Assembly: GCA_964035545.1 (NCBI GenBank)
Contig: OZ037766.1
Location: forward strand, 5,756,722-5,820,721
Origin: Bugula neritina
Lineage: Eukaryota > Animalia > Bryozoa
Direction: 5' to 3'
DNA length: 64,000 nt
The notes under the pieces are model-generated. The model was not told the DNA's origin. It ran no database searches and saw only the letters and a list, made by a program, of their open reading frames with translations. Positions 36,901-49,000 of the stretch are shown piece after piece (the stretch's first letter is position 1; every line of letters starts with the position of its first letter). Position numbers and translations under genes: made by a program.

Positions 36901-37164
36901 GGATTATTCTATGCTGTATTCTTTTGTTTATTTGTTGTAGTTTACAGAAAACTTGACGAAATATCTCGGGATTTCCGATCTATTGAGCAGTACTTGGTGC
37001 AGGCAGGTCTCTCCTCTGCTGTCAATGTTAGAAAGCTACAGGCTCCTGTCACTGACTACAAATTCACTCGTTCATGCGTGACACAGTTGTCTGACCTCTT
37101 ACACCACGTCTGTTTCAGCAACTCTAAACCTGACGACAGCAAAGTCACCAAGATCACATGCTAA
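30933..37164 (+). CDS. Secreted protein with two WSC domains and an uncharacterised C-terminal helical domain, paralogue A (~617 aa)
   Basis: Twelve phase-consistent exons: 30933-30996 (signal peptide MYFSFQITFWVTALAVATLLK; start codon less certain), 31115-31287, 31386-31521, 32338-32495, 32662-32800, 32985-33191, 33499-33650, 33937-34084, 34373-34582, 34983-35104, 35835-35955, 36941-37164. WSC2 is the canonical 8-Cys type: VGCY..MSPNFCIKYC..GNTCSCG..CNKACAGSLGEKCGGDLANSVY. No TM segment seen. Confidence 0.85.
34618..34843 (+). mobile_element. tRNA-derived SINE, copy 1
   Basis: A-box-like TGGTCTAGGGG (locally duplicated), B-box-like GGTTTAAACTC, body AAAGGCCATTGGTGGTGTTAGGAATGGCATCCAGTCATAATTGCTCCTGTGCC. 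Clearly homologous to the reverse-strand copy at 42600-42805. Confidence 0.8.
36215..36903. mobile_element. ~690-bp non-autonomous TIR element (MITE), possibly PIF/Harbinger-type
   Basis: ~40-bp TIRs: left CCCCCTATTCACACTTACCGTACCGTACGCCGTAACAGCAA, reverse complement of right end CCCCTCATTCACACTTACCGTATCGTACGCCGTAACAGCAA. Candidate TTA target-site duplication at 36212-36214 and 36904-36906. No internal ORF. Confidence 0.85.
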
Positions 37165-38026
37165 AGTGTCCGGACTAAAATATCGTTTCATCAAATAAAA
37201 CTGTGAATACACATTTGCCTTTACAGATATCAGAATTAACTTTGTGAATTTCCTTTCACTTAAAATAATCAAATATAATGATGAATTCTTGTATTACGAG
37301 CACTGCAGTCTGCCTGTGTATAATTCTGTCATTCACTTACACCTACCATTTCTTGTAATGCTGTGTGTGGTTTCAGCCTGTGAGTGGAAAATTTTGTCTT
37401 TTGAATAGCTGAGTTTTTTCAAACGAAGGCTTAAAATGACAATTTTTGTACATATAGTTTTAACTTGCATGAAAAAATCCAGAGTTGCCTTAGTTGTAAT
37501 GGTAATGAGCGTGCGTTGCACAGCAGAAATTTTAACAATAATCTTTATTGTAAGATATATTATATTCCAACACAAGGATTGCATTTAATTTAACAGTAAA
37601 AGCATTTAAAATGTGAGCAGAGATTTTGAGTCTGGTTAAGCTGAGGTTTCTAGTTCTGGTTAATTTAAAAGTTGGGTTGGAGCATTAGTGGTTGCCTTAG
37701 TAGGAGAGTTTTCTATAGAACCCAGACCTCACCAAAAGGCTGTTGTATCCACCTCATTGCTTAGACTGGAGATGATTAGCTGTTTCACTATTGTTCAAGG
37801 TTAAATTGATAAGAAGTATATAATAAGGTTGCAAACGTACCACATATAGCTAACTTACCCTATCATCACACTATAATTTTGATAAAAAGTACATCAAGGG
37901 TTACTTCCTGCATGGTAAATTGTGGGTAACAGCATATGGTTGAAGTTTCTGGCTTTAGAATATGCAAGATTTATATCAGCAATAGCCTGTGACAGGCATA
38001 GTTTGTGTATTACAAGCTGCATCTTT

Positions 38027-41000
38027 ATGAAGTATGAAATGATTTGCTTCAGAATATTCTGTCTGCTCCTAGTGATCTGCGGCTCTAACTTGTTTACAGG
38101 TAAATACAGGTGGCATTAAAAAATGTATTAGAATTTAGGTTAGAAATGTTACTTTACGTTTCCAAATATATATTACAAGTGTTCACACATTATATATTTC
38201 AAGTTTCCACATATATGTGTTACAAGTTTCTATGTATATATTATAAGCCACCATTTTAATATGTGAGCATGTGATGCAATAGGAACAGCTGCCAGGACAT
38301 TCTCCGGCTGTTTCACAGTGAAAACCGGAGCCAATCCAATTGATATTGAAAATGCCGGATGGAGCGAATACAGTTTGTCTGAGCTTAGCATATCCAAGTG
38401 TGTGGAAATATGTGCCATCAGTTATAAGAAGTTTGCGGCTGTTACAACGGTACATTTACTTTCCCACTACATATTATCTAAGTTTCTCGATTAATTGATC
38501 AGTGTTCTGCAACTTTTAATATGCATGCAACATTTAATTTTAAAAAAAATAATAAAATGATCAGTTGCCATCACGTTTCAACATCTATCGCTATATCAGT
38601 GTAGATAAATAAATAGTCAGGTCTAAATTTTTTTCATATGTCAACACTTGCATACTACATGTATTTGCAAGTCTAGCTTTAGATTTACTACCCTTTATAT
38701 GTACTAAAAATCATTATTTTACTTTCTTGACTTCAGATGATATTTAGTTTTGTCACTTGTTGAATGGTTCAGGTAGACAATGAAATGGCTGCATGTCACT
38801 GTGGTACAGAACAAGCTTACACTAGACTGGGATCAGCTGACCATATTGACCCTCTCATTCCTTGTCACAATAGGGAATGGTCAATGGAAGTGTATCTTGC
38901 CACTGGTAGCTTAGAATTTTATCTATTTCTTTGCTAAAATTGTGCTAGAACTTATTCTAATTTATTATTAATATAACAATTATATTATGCTACAACGTAC
39001 TATATTATATAGCTAGAATGCATTAAGCCCGTGGTATTGCTTGTTTTATTTTTGAAATGTAAAATTATTTTCTTCAGAAAAATGTTTTCCTATTACCTTT
39101 AAAATTAATCAAGACAACTAAAATAGCATTATTATACCACAGTAAGAGCTTATTGATCCAATAGTAAAGCTGTATTTTTCTAATGCCTCTGTGACCAAAC
39201 TGACAAGCACCTGTGACACTTGCCTGCAGGTGATGTTAGTTCACAGTATGTCGGATGTTACAAGGAAGTGAATGACACGAGTAACATGGCTTCTTCCTCC
39301 AAAAACTGGATTGACAACTGGATAATGACTCCAGAAGAATGTGTCAGATACTGCAAGCAAAACCGAGAGTTTTTTGCTAATGTCAAGGTAAAATTGTTGT
39401 GAAGATACGTTGTCTAACAAAAATTTGATAGTTTTTAAAAATTCCATTGGCTTTCGAGTTGCCGTACCTTACAGAAGCTGATAATTATATTTGATACTCT
39501 AAACATATCCAGGGCTGCTGTGGCTTGCTGTGAATATATTATATTTAATTCTGTGAGCACATTACTATTAAATTTGAAGCCCTTAACTTTAGAATTGAAT
39601 ATCAAATGCCATCATATATTAAAATTGTTGTGCCTTAAACCAATCGCATAATAACTAAAAACATATATACTGCTTTTTATCTGCCACCATGGGTCTTGCA
39701 AACTAAAAATAGACTTAATTTTATCCTATATAACTTCATTCTATTATATAGTATTTTCATCAACCTAAATTTGCTGCTGCTTACATTCATGAGGATTTTT
39801 GGAATCAGTTCTTTAAAACCTGGCAAAACTACATAACCTACATACTATTATACCATGACTATTTAATATGGCTGTGTTAAATGGAGGTAAATCATTCATG
39901 CATTTGACTTAAAAAACAATTTCAAGAGATTTATGGTTAGCCGTGCAAAAATACCAGCACTGGATATACCATACATTGTAAACCCTGATGGACGCTTGCT
40001 TGCTCTCTAATTAATTTAAGTGATATGAAATGATTTTACAAAGTGATTAAGTTAAAAGCTCTAAAAAACTACAGTGTAAATAGATAGTTTCAATTGTAGC
40101 ACGGAGACGCATGTACATGTGGTATTAGCTTTGCCAAACATGGCAGGGTAGACAACTCTCAGTGTAACAAAGCATGTGCTGGAAGTCTTGGGGAAAAGTG
40201 TGGTGGAGATCTGGCTAATTCTGTGTACTTCACTTTGTGTGCGTAAATTTCAATAGCCAATAACAGTAAAGTATCATTCATTTTAGTTTTAGAATTTTGG
40301 CAATACAATATAAAATAAAATCAATGTAGGAAATTTATTTGGTCCAGTATTAGCCTAATTTAAAAACAATATAACTGCAGGTTATATCATGTTCTCAATT
40401 ATTGCATGAATTCATAAATGATGCTTTATTAAGTATAGTCCTATATATAATAAAAAATATTTTGCAATATCACTGTTTATTTGAAAAAGAATTAACTTAG
40501 CAGTTTCTACCTGATGAAACTCTAATTCATTGATTCAAAGGGAAAATATTGTATTATAAATCAATAAGATGCATGCTTCTAAGAACACTCATCAACGTAT
40601 TTCTTTTTAAACAACTTTTTCATTCGAAATTGTTTTCTTTTAAGATATTCCACACACAATTTGCTTTCAATTTCTATTGTAGCTCTGCAAGAAATGTTGA
40701 GAACTACATTTAACCCCACCATAATATTACGCTCTAATCCAGTAGCCAAAGTAGATGTCCCGTATACTCAGGCCTTCATCAATGACATCTACAATGTGAA
40801 ATCTTCTCTAAGTGCTAAGCTGCCAGTCCAAAATGTTCAAATTATTCTGAACCAGATGACCAATAGCATGAAGCTACTTCAGTCTGTAGCAGGTATGCTC
40901 TCCACGTCACTGTTACATAGATAGGCACGGGTATATTATTATGATACATTTAATATTATATGATACATATTCTACATATTATAATATATTTTTTTTATTT

Positions 41001-44000
41001 ATTTATTATACGATACATATTATAATAATTGGCTTTTTAAAATTTGTACCAATTATTTTACCCACTGATCATTTATTAAAACCCGCATGTTTATTTGTAC
41101 TTGCAACTTGCTTATGGTTAAAATAGTGCTATTTGCTATTTTGTTAGGATAGGCTCTGGTGCTGTTTTATGAGTGAATGAATGTATTGTACATTTCAACT
41201 TAGTTTATAGGCTTTTTGCAGCTATCAATGAGTTGACAATACACACACCAGAAATTCTTGTATGCTGAAACTAAATTATTGCATGCTGTTACACTTCAAT
41301 GTTTATTTTTTCTTTTTTCATAGGCATGACTAACACCTTTACGAGGTTTACTCATTCTGACGGTTTTGCTCTTTCCAACTCTGGTTCTGTGAAGCAGCTC
41401 CTCTCTAACGTCACTTACCCTAAAGAGTTGCAAGAGTTTATATCTGTAATAACTCAGGCTCACACATTCATTCACCAGGTATTCATAAGATATTGGGATA
41501 TCCTTCTTTGGATGTACTACAAACAAGAATTAAACTATCTAAAACCATAACTTTTATTGTTTTGTACTAATCATTTTTATCAGAGTAATAATGTAATGCT
41601 ATGCAAGCCAAGTTAAGCTATTTTAACCTGCAATAACTTAAATTGTTATGCAAAGCTTGCTGTTATTTTATTGCTATACAATACGTAACACTTGGGCACC
41701 CATCTTTTCTCAGGACACAAACCAACTGTTAGAAAAAGTTGCTAATGCTACAGAGACTCTGGCTCTACTAAAACCAGCCATAGAAAAGGCCAAAGTTGCA
41801 CTGGTTTCATATTATAAGAGCAATGTGGTTACTCTAGGAGTGGAGAGGGCCTTGCAAGCTGGTGAGGCTTACTTTCTTTTCATCGTTTGTTAGATTTTAT
41901 TGTAACTTGTTTTACATAGTAAACAGAATACAACTTAAAGTTTGACAAGTTATAGAAAATGTTATAATTATATGCAAAGTGGTTCACTTTTTGCAGAAAG
42001 TAAGATAGTTGACACTAACATGTTGTTTGCTTATGCGAAATGTTTCTACTATAGAAATATTTTATCCCTACAGAATAATATAAAACTCACTGGTTCTAGA
42101 AGTATGCGTCAGTATATGCCATGGTGTTATTTGCAATCACTTAAGACATACTCCTAATTTTTAGTCCAATTTATAAATTTTCAATTCACATATTTTCTAA
42201 GCATTAGTTTAGTTGGTATTTGGGGTTTGCTTTATTTCACACAGTTATTCATGTCACAGTATTGCCCAGAAAGGAGGCTGCTGAACTTTATGCTGTATGT
42301 TTCACAACCTTCCTGTTATGCATCTGCAGCTCAGCTCATGGTGTCTGCTAGCAGGAATTGTCTGCCCTTGCTAGCTGCAAAGAAAGCAGTCATGGTAAAT
42401 AACCTAGAATCTGCAGCACGTAAAATGATGAATGGGCCTCACGGAACCACCCGCTACCTTCGATCGCTTAATCAACCCCTTTCTAACCTGTCCACTGTTC
42501 CAATTCCTATTGTGAATACCATAAAATGGAAAGGTACGATTTGCTATTTACCTCCATCAGTTGTATAAGCTGAATAAGATTTATAAAAGCTCTTGCAAGT
42601 TGCAAGTTTATAGTCTCTATCCTTGTGAGAAAACCCTGATGGAAGAGGTTTTGTTGAATCGGGCAAAGGACTTATTCATATGTGGCACAGGAGCAATTAT
42701 GACTGGATGCTCTTCCTAACATCACCAATGGCCTTTATCTGGGCTCAAACCCATGACCTTGTGTTTACAATGCAAATGCTCTAACCCCTAGACTACGGCT
42801 GCACCATCTGTATAAGATGTATAAGACAGCACAGAAATGTGCCATAGTGCCGTGTAGCTTAAGTTTGGCTCTTTTCATCTTATTATGACTTTCTTGCAGA
42901 AAATTTAGCCTACATCTCTCAGTCATGGTTTTCCTTTATGCATACTACTGGCGAAAAACTGATACAATTACTGAGAAAGACATACACATCCTGTCTTGAC
43001 TCAGCTTGCATGGTGAGCTCTTGTTATTCATATGATATGATTTCTATTATTAGAATAGATTTATATGTGCAAAGGACGTTTACTGCAAAATATTTTTTTA
43101 GTACTTTTATTATGTTGAGCTTCTACAAGACATTATAATGCAGAGAAAGATTATTTTAGTGGTTGTCTTTTCCTAGTCAAATGTCATTAGTTAGCATATT
43201 ATTAATTTAATTATCATATATTTAATTTATTGATATCAGTTTCTTGATCAGAATATGGCAGTGAAATGTCAACAACAACATTATACGTTTAATTTATGTT
43301 TTATTTTTTGCAGAAAAAAGTTAATGCAATGAATAGAACCTCAATTAAATTAAATTAACGCAAGCTTATAACAATGTTTATTGTATTTATTGACTATTCA
43401 ATTTTGTGAATTAAAATTAAGGAACTAACTAGTAGCGTGCTATATGATGTAAGGAGAGGAACAATATGTATGAATGTCATTTGGTCGAGACATTTAACCT
43501 TACTTCTTATGTAAATCTCCTTTCTACTTAAGACATAAATGCATTTTTAATTTCCATACTAGCTACTCCAATTCTTGAGATTTTATATTCACCTATTTTT
43601 AGAGTCATGAAGTCCTTCAATTTTTTTTCAAAAGGGCACAAAAATTAAGTTCTGTTGGGGTTCAAAGTGAACATACTCAGTCATGAGGTGCAAATGAGCA
43701 GGCATGCCAAATATTGGCTCAAATAATAAATTAATAACATAATAGGTTTGCAACATACGCAGCTTTTTACAAAAGAAGATATTTTCACGCATTTAAGTTT
43801 TTATAAATGGTCACTAAAACAATGTGTTTGTATGTATCTTTTTTAACTAAAACTTGACTTATCAAACTTTTATAGATGAAAAATACAGTTTGAGTGAAAT
43901 GACATAGCAACTGTTGCAAAATCGTTGATATAGAAGCAAATAATTGAAGCTCTCTCAATAAAAACAACAACCTTCTAACAAACCAGAGATTAATTCCTGT

Positions 44001-45195
44001 TAGCTAGTGCTGTCAGTGCTGTACCCCCAGACTGTGCCAATAGTAACAAAATATTCTGAATCCACTCTTGTAATTTCTTTTTGTAATTTCACTACAACTA
44101 AAACTTTGTTAAAGTCATAATGGTGCTGGACAACAATCATATGAATCATTGCAGACATCTGCAGAGGAGAGCTTTGCTAAAGCAGTGAATACAGTCAACC
44201 TCGCCAAATCGGACATGAGTAGATTTATCTCCGAGAATCATGTACTGTTCTCAGCTGTAGACTGGAATAGTTGTAAGTATTGGTACCCCTATTGTACCGG
44301 TAAACCTATTGATGTGTTTAGAAAGTCATCTATTCAACTTACTAAACTTTAAAGCACGCATCAGTACCTTTCTCTCACATTAATCTGTAGCAAGTCATGG
44401 CATTGGTAGAAATTTAACACATCATTTCAGAAGTAAAAAACTCAATTTAGTGATTATTGATGCAGTAAAATGTATTCTCTATGTACGCCAAATAAAGAAT
44501 CAGTAAGTGCGGTGCAGGTTACAGAGCAGCAAAGTAACAAGATAGATTATAGTTCCAGATCAGTTATCAGCTGCAACTGTTATTATACCTAGTACGTAGT
44601 TATCAATAGCTGATATACTCTTCTTTGTCATTCAATAAAAAAAATGCATTTTATCTATTTATATCCTTCAACAGAAGGAGCTCAAAATTTCAATAGATTT
44701 TTTTAAAAATATTTTTATGTAGATATAAAATAGTTTTCATACATGAAATAATACTATTACCAAGAAGTGCTTTGAATATAGTGCAATAATGCCTACTTGT
44801 GTTTGAAAATTAGTCCTGCATGTCTGTAAGAGTTCTTGTATATAATCTGAAATATTTTTGTTGCGTTGATTATTTTAAAATAACAGTTTTTGTCCTTGCA
44901 AATGTTACTTATGATCTTGATGAATTTTACAAACATGGCTGCAGTTTGACGTGATGCACCTTTCTATGCAGATAAAGCTAAGTTGGCAGAGATTAGTGAT
45001 GATTTTGACGCTGTTACAAATTATCTTCACACGACTGGCATCGCCACAGCTGATGATGTCTACAAGTTAACAGAATCTTTGACTAGTCTCCAATTCTACC
45101 AATCTTGTGTCTCCGAAATATCCACCATGGTGAAAAATGTCTGCTACAAAACATCATACCCTGACGAGCTAGAAGTTAAGCCTGTAACATGCTAG
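38027..45195 (+). CDS. Secreted protein with two WSC domains and an uncharacterised C-terminal helical domain, paralogue B
   Basis: Same 12-exon structure and intron phases as paralogue A: 38027-38099 (signal peptide MKYEMICFRIFCLLLVICGSNLFT), 38283-38449, 38773-38906, 39230-39387, 40100-40238, 40684-40892, 41324-41478, 41714-41861, 42330-42532, 42900-43012, 44155-44291, 44972-45195. WSC2: YVGCY..MTPEECVRYC..ACTCG..CNKACAGSLGEKCGG. Shared C-terminal motifs AQLMVSASRNCLPLL, GPHGT, KWK, and terminal VTC*. Confidence 0.85.
42600..42805 (-). mobile_element. tRNA-derived SINE, copy 2 (same family as 34618-34843)
   Basis: The reverse complement reads GGTGCAGCCGTAGTCTAGGGGTTAGAGC..GGTTTGAGCCC..AAAGGCCATTGGTGATGTTAGGAAGAGCATCCAGTCATAATTGCTCCTGTGCC..CTATAAACTTGC. 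Confidence 0.8.
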
Positions 45196-45584
45196 CTGTC
45201 TCTCATGTGATAATCTAAAGTTGCATGCGGAAGTTGATTTATCTTGAATTTTTGTCTCACCTATCCCCGCTTTGTTTTGTTCGGGTAACGGGTTGATTTA
45301 TCTTAAATATATGAATGTTATAATATCCAAATATATAATGTACATCAATGCATGATATTTTTCCAAAGTAAATACATCATTTCTCATTTTAAGCAACATA
45401 GGAAAGTTTAGTAAAGTTCAAAAGATTTTGTTAAAAATATAATAACCAATGTTTATTTAAAATGCACAATACATAATATGAATAAGGGAATTGGCCTTTG
45501 GAAGCCTTCAATTAATAATCCACTGATACATAAGTTATAAAGGACTTTGTTAGTTCAAACTCTTTTTTATAGAAATTATCTTGA

Positions 45585-45875
45585 AATATATTTCCCTGAG
45601 AACCGGCTTGCCTTATATGTGAGTTAGCATAAAATTACTAAACTAAAAATTTTGTCTATAACTGGTGAACTTGGTAGAAGCAACTAACTGAAATTAATTA
45701 GCAAGTAAATAATTATTTAATGGAAATAAGTATATTATATTATTTCTTTGAGAACCGACTTGTGTTATGCTAATAAACAAGAGATTGTTTATATTTAACA
45801 AAAATCAAAGCAAACTTAAAAACTGGTAGTTGGTAAAAGAAAGCAAGCAACTAATCAAAAGGGTGAATAATTAAC
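45585..45875. repeat. Diverged two-copy tandem duplication (~150-170 bp period) between convergent 3' ends
   Basis: TGAGAACCG(G/A)CTTG and AACTGGT(GAAC/AG)TTGGTA..AAGCAACTAA each occur twice in the same order. Confidence 0.55.
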
Positions 45876-46052
45876 TGTTTTTCTGCATAAAAGTATAGTC
45901 CTGTTATAAACATATTATATATGACCTCATTTTTGACTTTATCATATTATTCCTTAAATTTATTCATTGCAATGAAAACAAAACACATATAACAAACACT
46001 AGTTAATGTAGTTTTGTAAAATTTATAATGAAGTAACAACATGAAATCCAAT

Positions 46053-49000
46053 TCATTGAGATGCAAGAGAATTGATTGAGAGTGATGAGCAGCTACTGCT
46101 AGACCCAAGGTGAAGGTCAGTCAAGTTGCTATCATCATGCATAGTGGTTTTCGCTGGCAAAATTGTCTCATAAGAATGTCCTTCTAATGGTAAAGCATTC
46201 ACTTCATTCCTAGGTTCCTGTGCATTCATGGATTGGGCTTGAATGTATGCAAAGCAGTGCAGATCATCTGTCAAACTCGCCTCATTCTGGGCGTTGCTCA
46301 ATGATTGTTGATCATGGTCTAAAATGTTTGTAAAACAAGCAAAATATTTATTTCATTTATTATAGCAGTATGCAGCTTTGTAAATTTCCCAATATAAATT
46401 CAATAAATTTTTCCCAAAAATTTTTAAAAAGAATTTGTGATCTTACCTGGTGTGTTTTTAATATTGCAGTTTTTTCTATTTTGGAACCATTTTCTTTTAT
46501 GAGCTATTAAAAGTGATAATACTGTGAGTGTTGTCAGAAGCACTAAAAGTGTGATCAGAATTGGCAAGAGCCACGAGTGAGTAGTTGGCAAAGACTCTTG
46601 TTTCACTGAAGTGTTTAGCACATCATCTGGATGCTTTTCATCGATGATTTTAGCACACAGAGGTTTGATTCCACACTGATTAGTTCCTTTATTTTTAGCT
46701 GAGTGCACCAATGACGGTTTTGATGGATAAATTGTATTGTCTCTTATATCGTACAGAGTTTCATATTTTGTGATATTTTCTTTTCTTGTGATGGTATATA
46801 CTGTGTAGTCTGGAGGCAGTTCTCCTGATCCGTTAAATGGTTGAATAGTATTATAAACACCGGTCATTGTTGAAGGTATTTTCGCTGCTTTTATTTCATC
46901 AAATAGTATTTTTCTACCACTGCTGGTGTGGAATAGCTGAGAACATTCGATATCGGTTGGTGTGAAGCACTGTTTTGCTTTTGCTACTCGGTAGCCATTG
47001 GCAAACAATAGACCGGCCAGAAGAATGTTTTTAACAACCTGATCGTCGTTGAAATTCAACACTTTTTGAGGCTGATTTGAGAAGTGATAGTTTGTGTCTT
47101 TTAAGCTTAATGAAGGATCACAGGGTTGTTGTTGAGGGTTCTGCTGGTGTGGAAGAAAGCATTCAAAACGATTTTGCCAGAACTTGATGAAGTAATAGTT
47201 TTTAGCATTATTTTTCGGATTTTGTAGTTCAACATAGTCTTGAAAATCATTAATGCCTTTCGAATTTAGATCAATGTAGTTATTGACATAGGTAACTGTC
47301 AAAGATCCAATTACCCCATCCTCTACTCCATTTATTATTTCTTGCATTGAACCCCAGCTTGCGCCTCCAACAAAAAAATGCCCATTCTGTTTCCAAGGCG
47401 AGTATAAAGACAGTTCTTGTAGGATCAGCCTTAACATTTGATGTTCTGCAATAATTACAAAAGGCTTAGGCAAACAATGCTTCGATTTGTCATCGTTTAA
47501 TTTATTTTTTATGTCTCTTGCCACTGTTACTCCTGAGGATTTCGTTAATCCTAAATTCTTGATATAAGAGACACAAATTCCTTTTTTCTGAGCATATCTT
47601 AGAATAGACTCTTTACTATCTTCACCATAAGCCGACTCCGTATAGAGTAGTCCTATAGTATCCCACCCATTTTTAATTAGAATGTCAATTATTACAATTG
47701 CATCATATTGAGTTGAAGGAGCGGTTTTAAGAAACATTGGGAATTGTGGAGAGTGTCTCACCCAGTCACTAGTGCCAGATTGAGAAATCTGAATTATTTT
47801 ATGAGGCTTTAAATAAGACTGTATTAGCATGGATCCATCAGCCGATCCATCCCCAATATAGACAGCAATATTTCTAACTGGCAGTTCATACTTCTTCCCC
47901 TGTGTGTCCACCAAACTCATCATGTTTTCATTCTTAAATAATTTGCTCATGGTTGATTGTATCCGAAAATGAGGATTGCATGTTTCAATAAAAAGAGTAC
48001 TGAAGTCAATGCCAGTGATGTTTCTCATCTTATTCACTATGTAGTAGAATGCCTCCATTCTTAAAAATCCAGTATTTGTAACTTGCTCACCGCAATGATG
48101 ATCTTCAAGTTGGTAATCTAGTTTATGTGAAAAAGCAATAATGTAGGAAGAATTATGTCTTTCAAAAATATACTGGGGGTATTTTTGGAAGCATTTAAAC
48201 CCACATGTTGACTTTTCTGTGCATCTCGATTTTATCTGATTACTTCTTAAAAATTGTGAACTCAACTCCCATGAACTGCTGTTAGAAAAGTATCCCACCA
48301 CATCAGAAGTAAAGTTATTCTTTACCTGATTGAGAGTGTATATTAAACCTGAAGAGTCACCTATATAGCCATCATCTAATTTTAATTTCGAAAGCCTGTT
48401 TTTTATTACGTCATTTATACTTGAGTATACAGTTTGTGTTTGCTTTATCTGGTCACATATGCCATCTGTGTCAGAACAAAGTTGTTGATAGGAAAACTTG
48501 AATGCTGCAGCATAAGTCAAGACAGCCTCCACCATGTTAGACGTGTAATCATCAGGAATATCGCAATATTCATTATGCTCACTCTCACACTCTAATTTAA
48601 ACTTTTCTATCATTTGAGTTACGTCTGCTGAACCATTGAGCTCTCCAGTCATCCGTGCATCAAAGTACTGCTTAAGCTCCACCTGCTTTGACTTATCAGA
48701 GAAATGAGACACTGTATACAGATTCAATTTATCTGAATTAGTTGAAGTGGCAAACAAATCGAGTAAATGTTCGGATATTCGGAGGGCATCAGAGGCCAGA
48801 ATAACTTTTACAGGGTTTGCTGTTCTCTTCTTTATCCGTTCCAAGTAGTGCTCTATTAGGTTGTTACCTGAAAAGTACAAACAATTAAAAAGTTGCCAAA
48901 ATTATAACCTTTAAACTTTAAAAAAGCTAACTAGCTAATTTGAGTCTATATTTATCTCAAAAGAAAACTATTTTTCCATTTTTTTGCCACTTAAACAAAG

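Noticed and set aside
46424-48880. 818-aa ORF as a stand-alone gene or a canonical metabotropic glutamate receptor
   Set aside because: It begins at a splice acceptor (48867) and ends past a donor (46446), so it is one exon. There is no 9-Cys domain or 7TM, so no GRM symbol was assigned.
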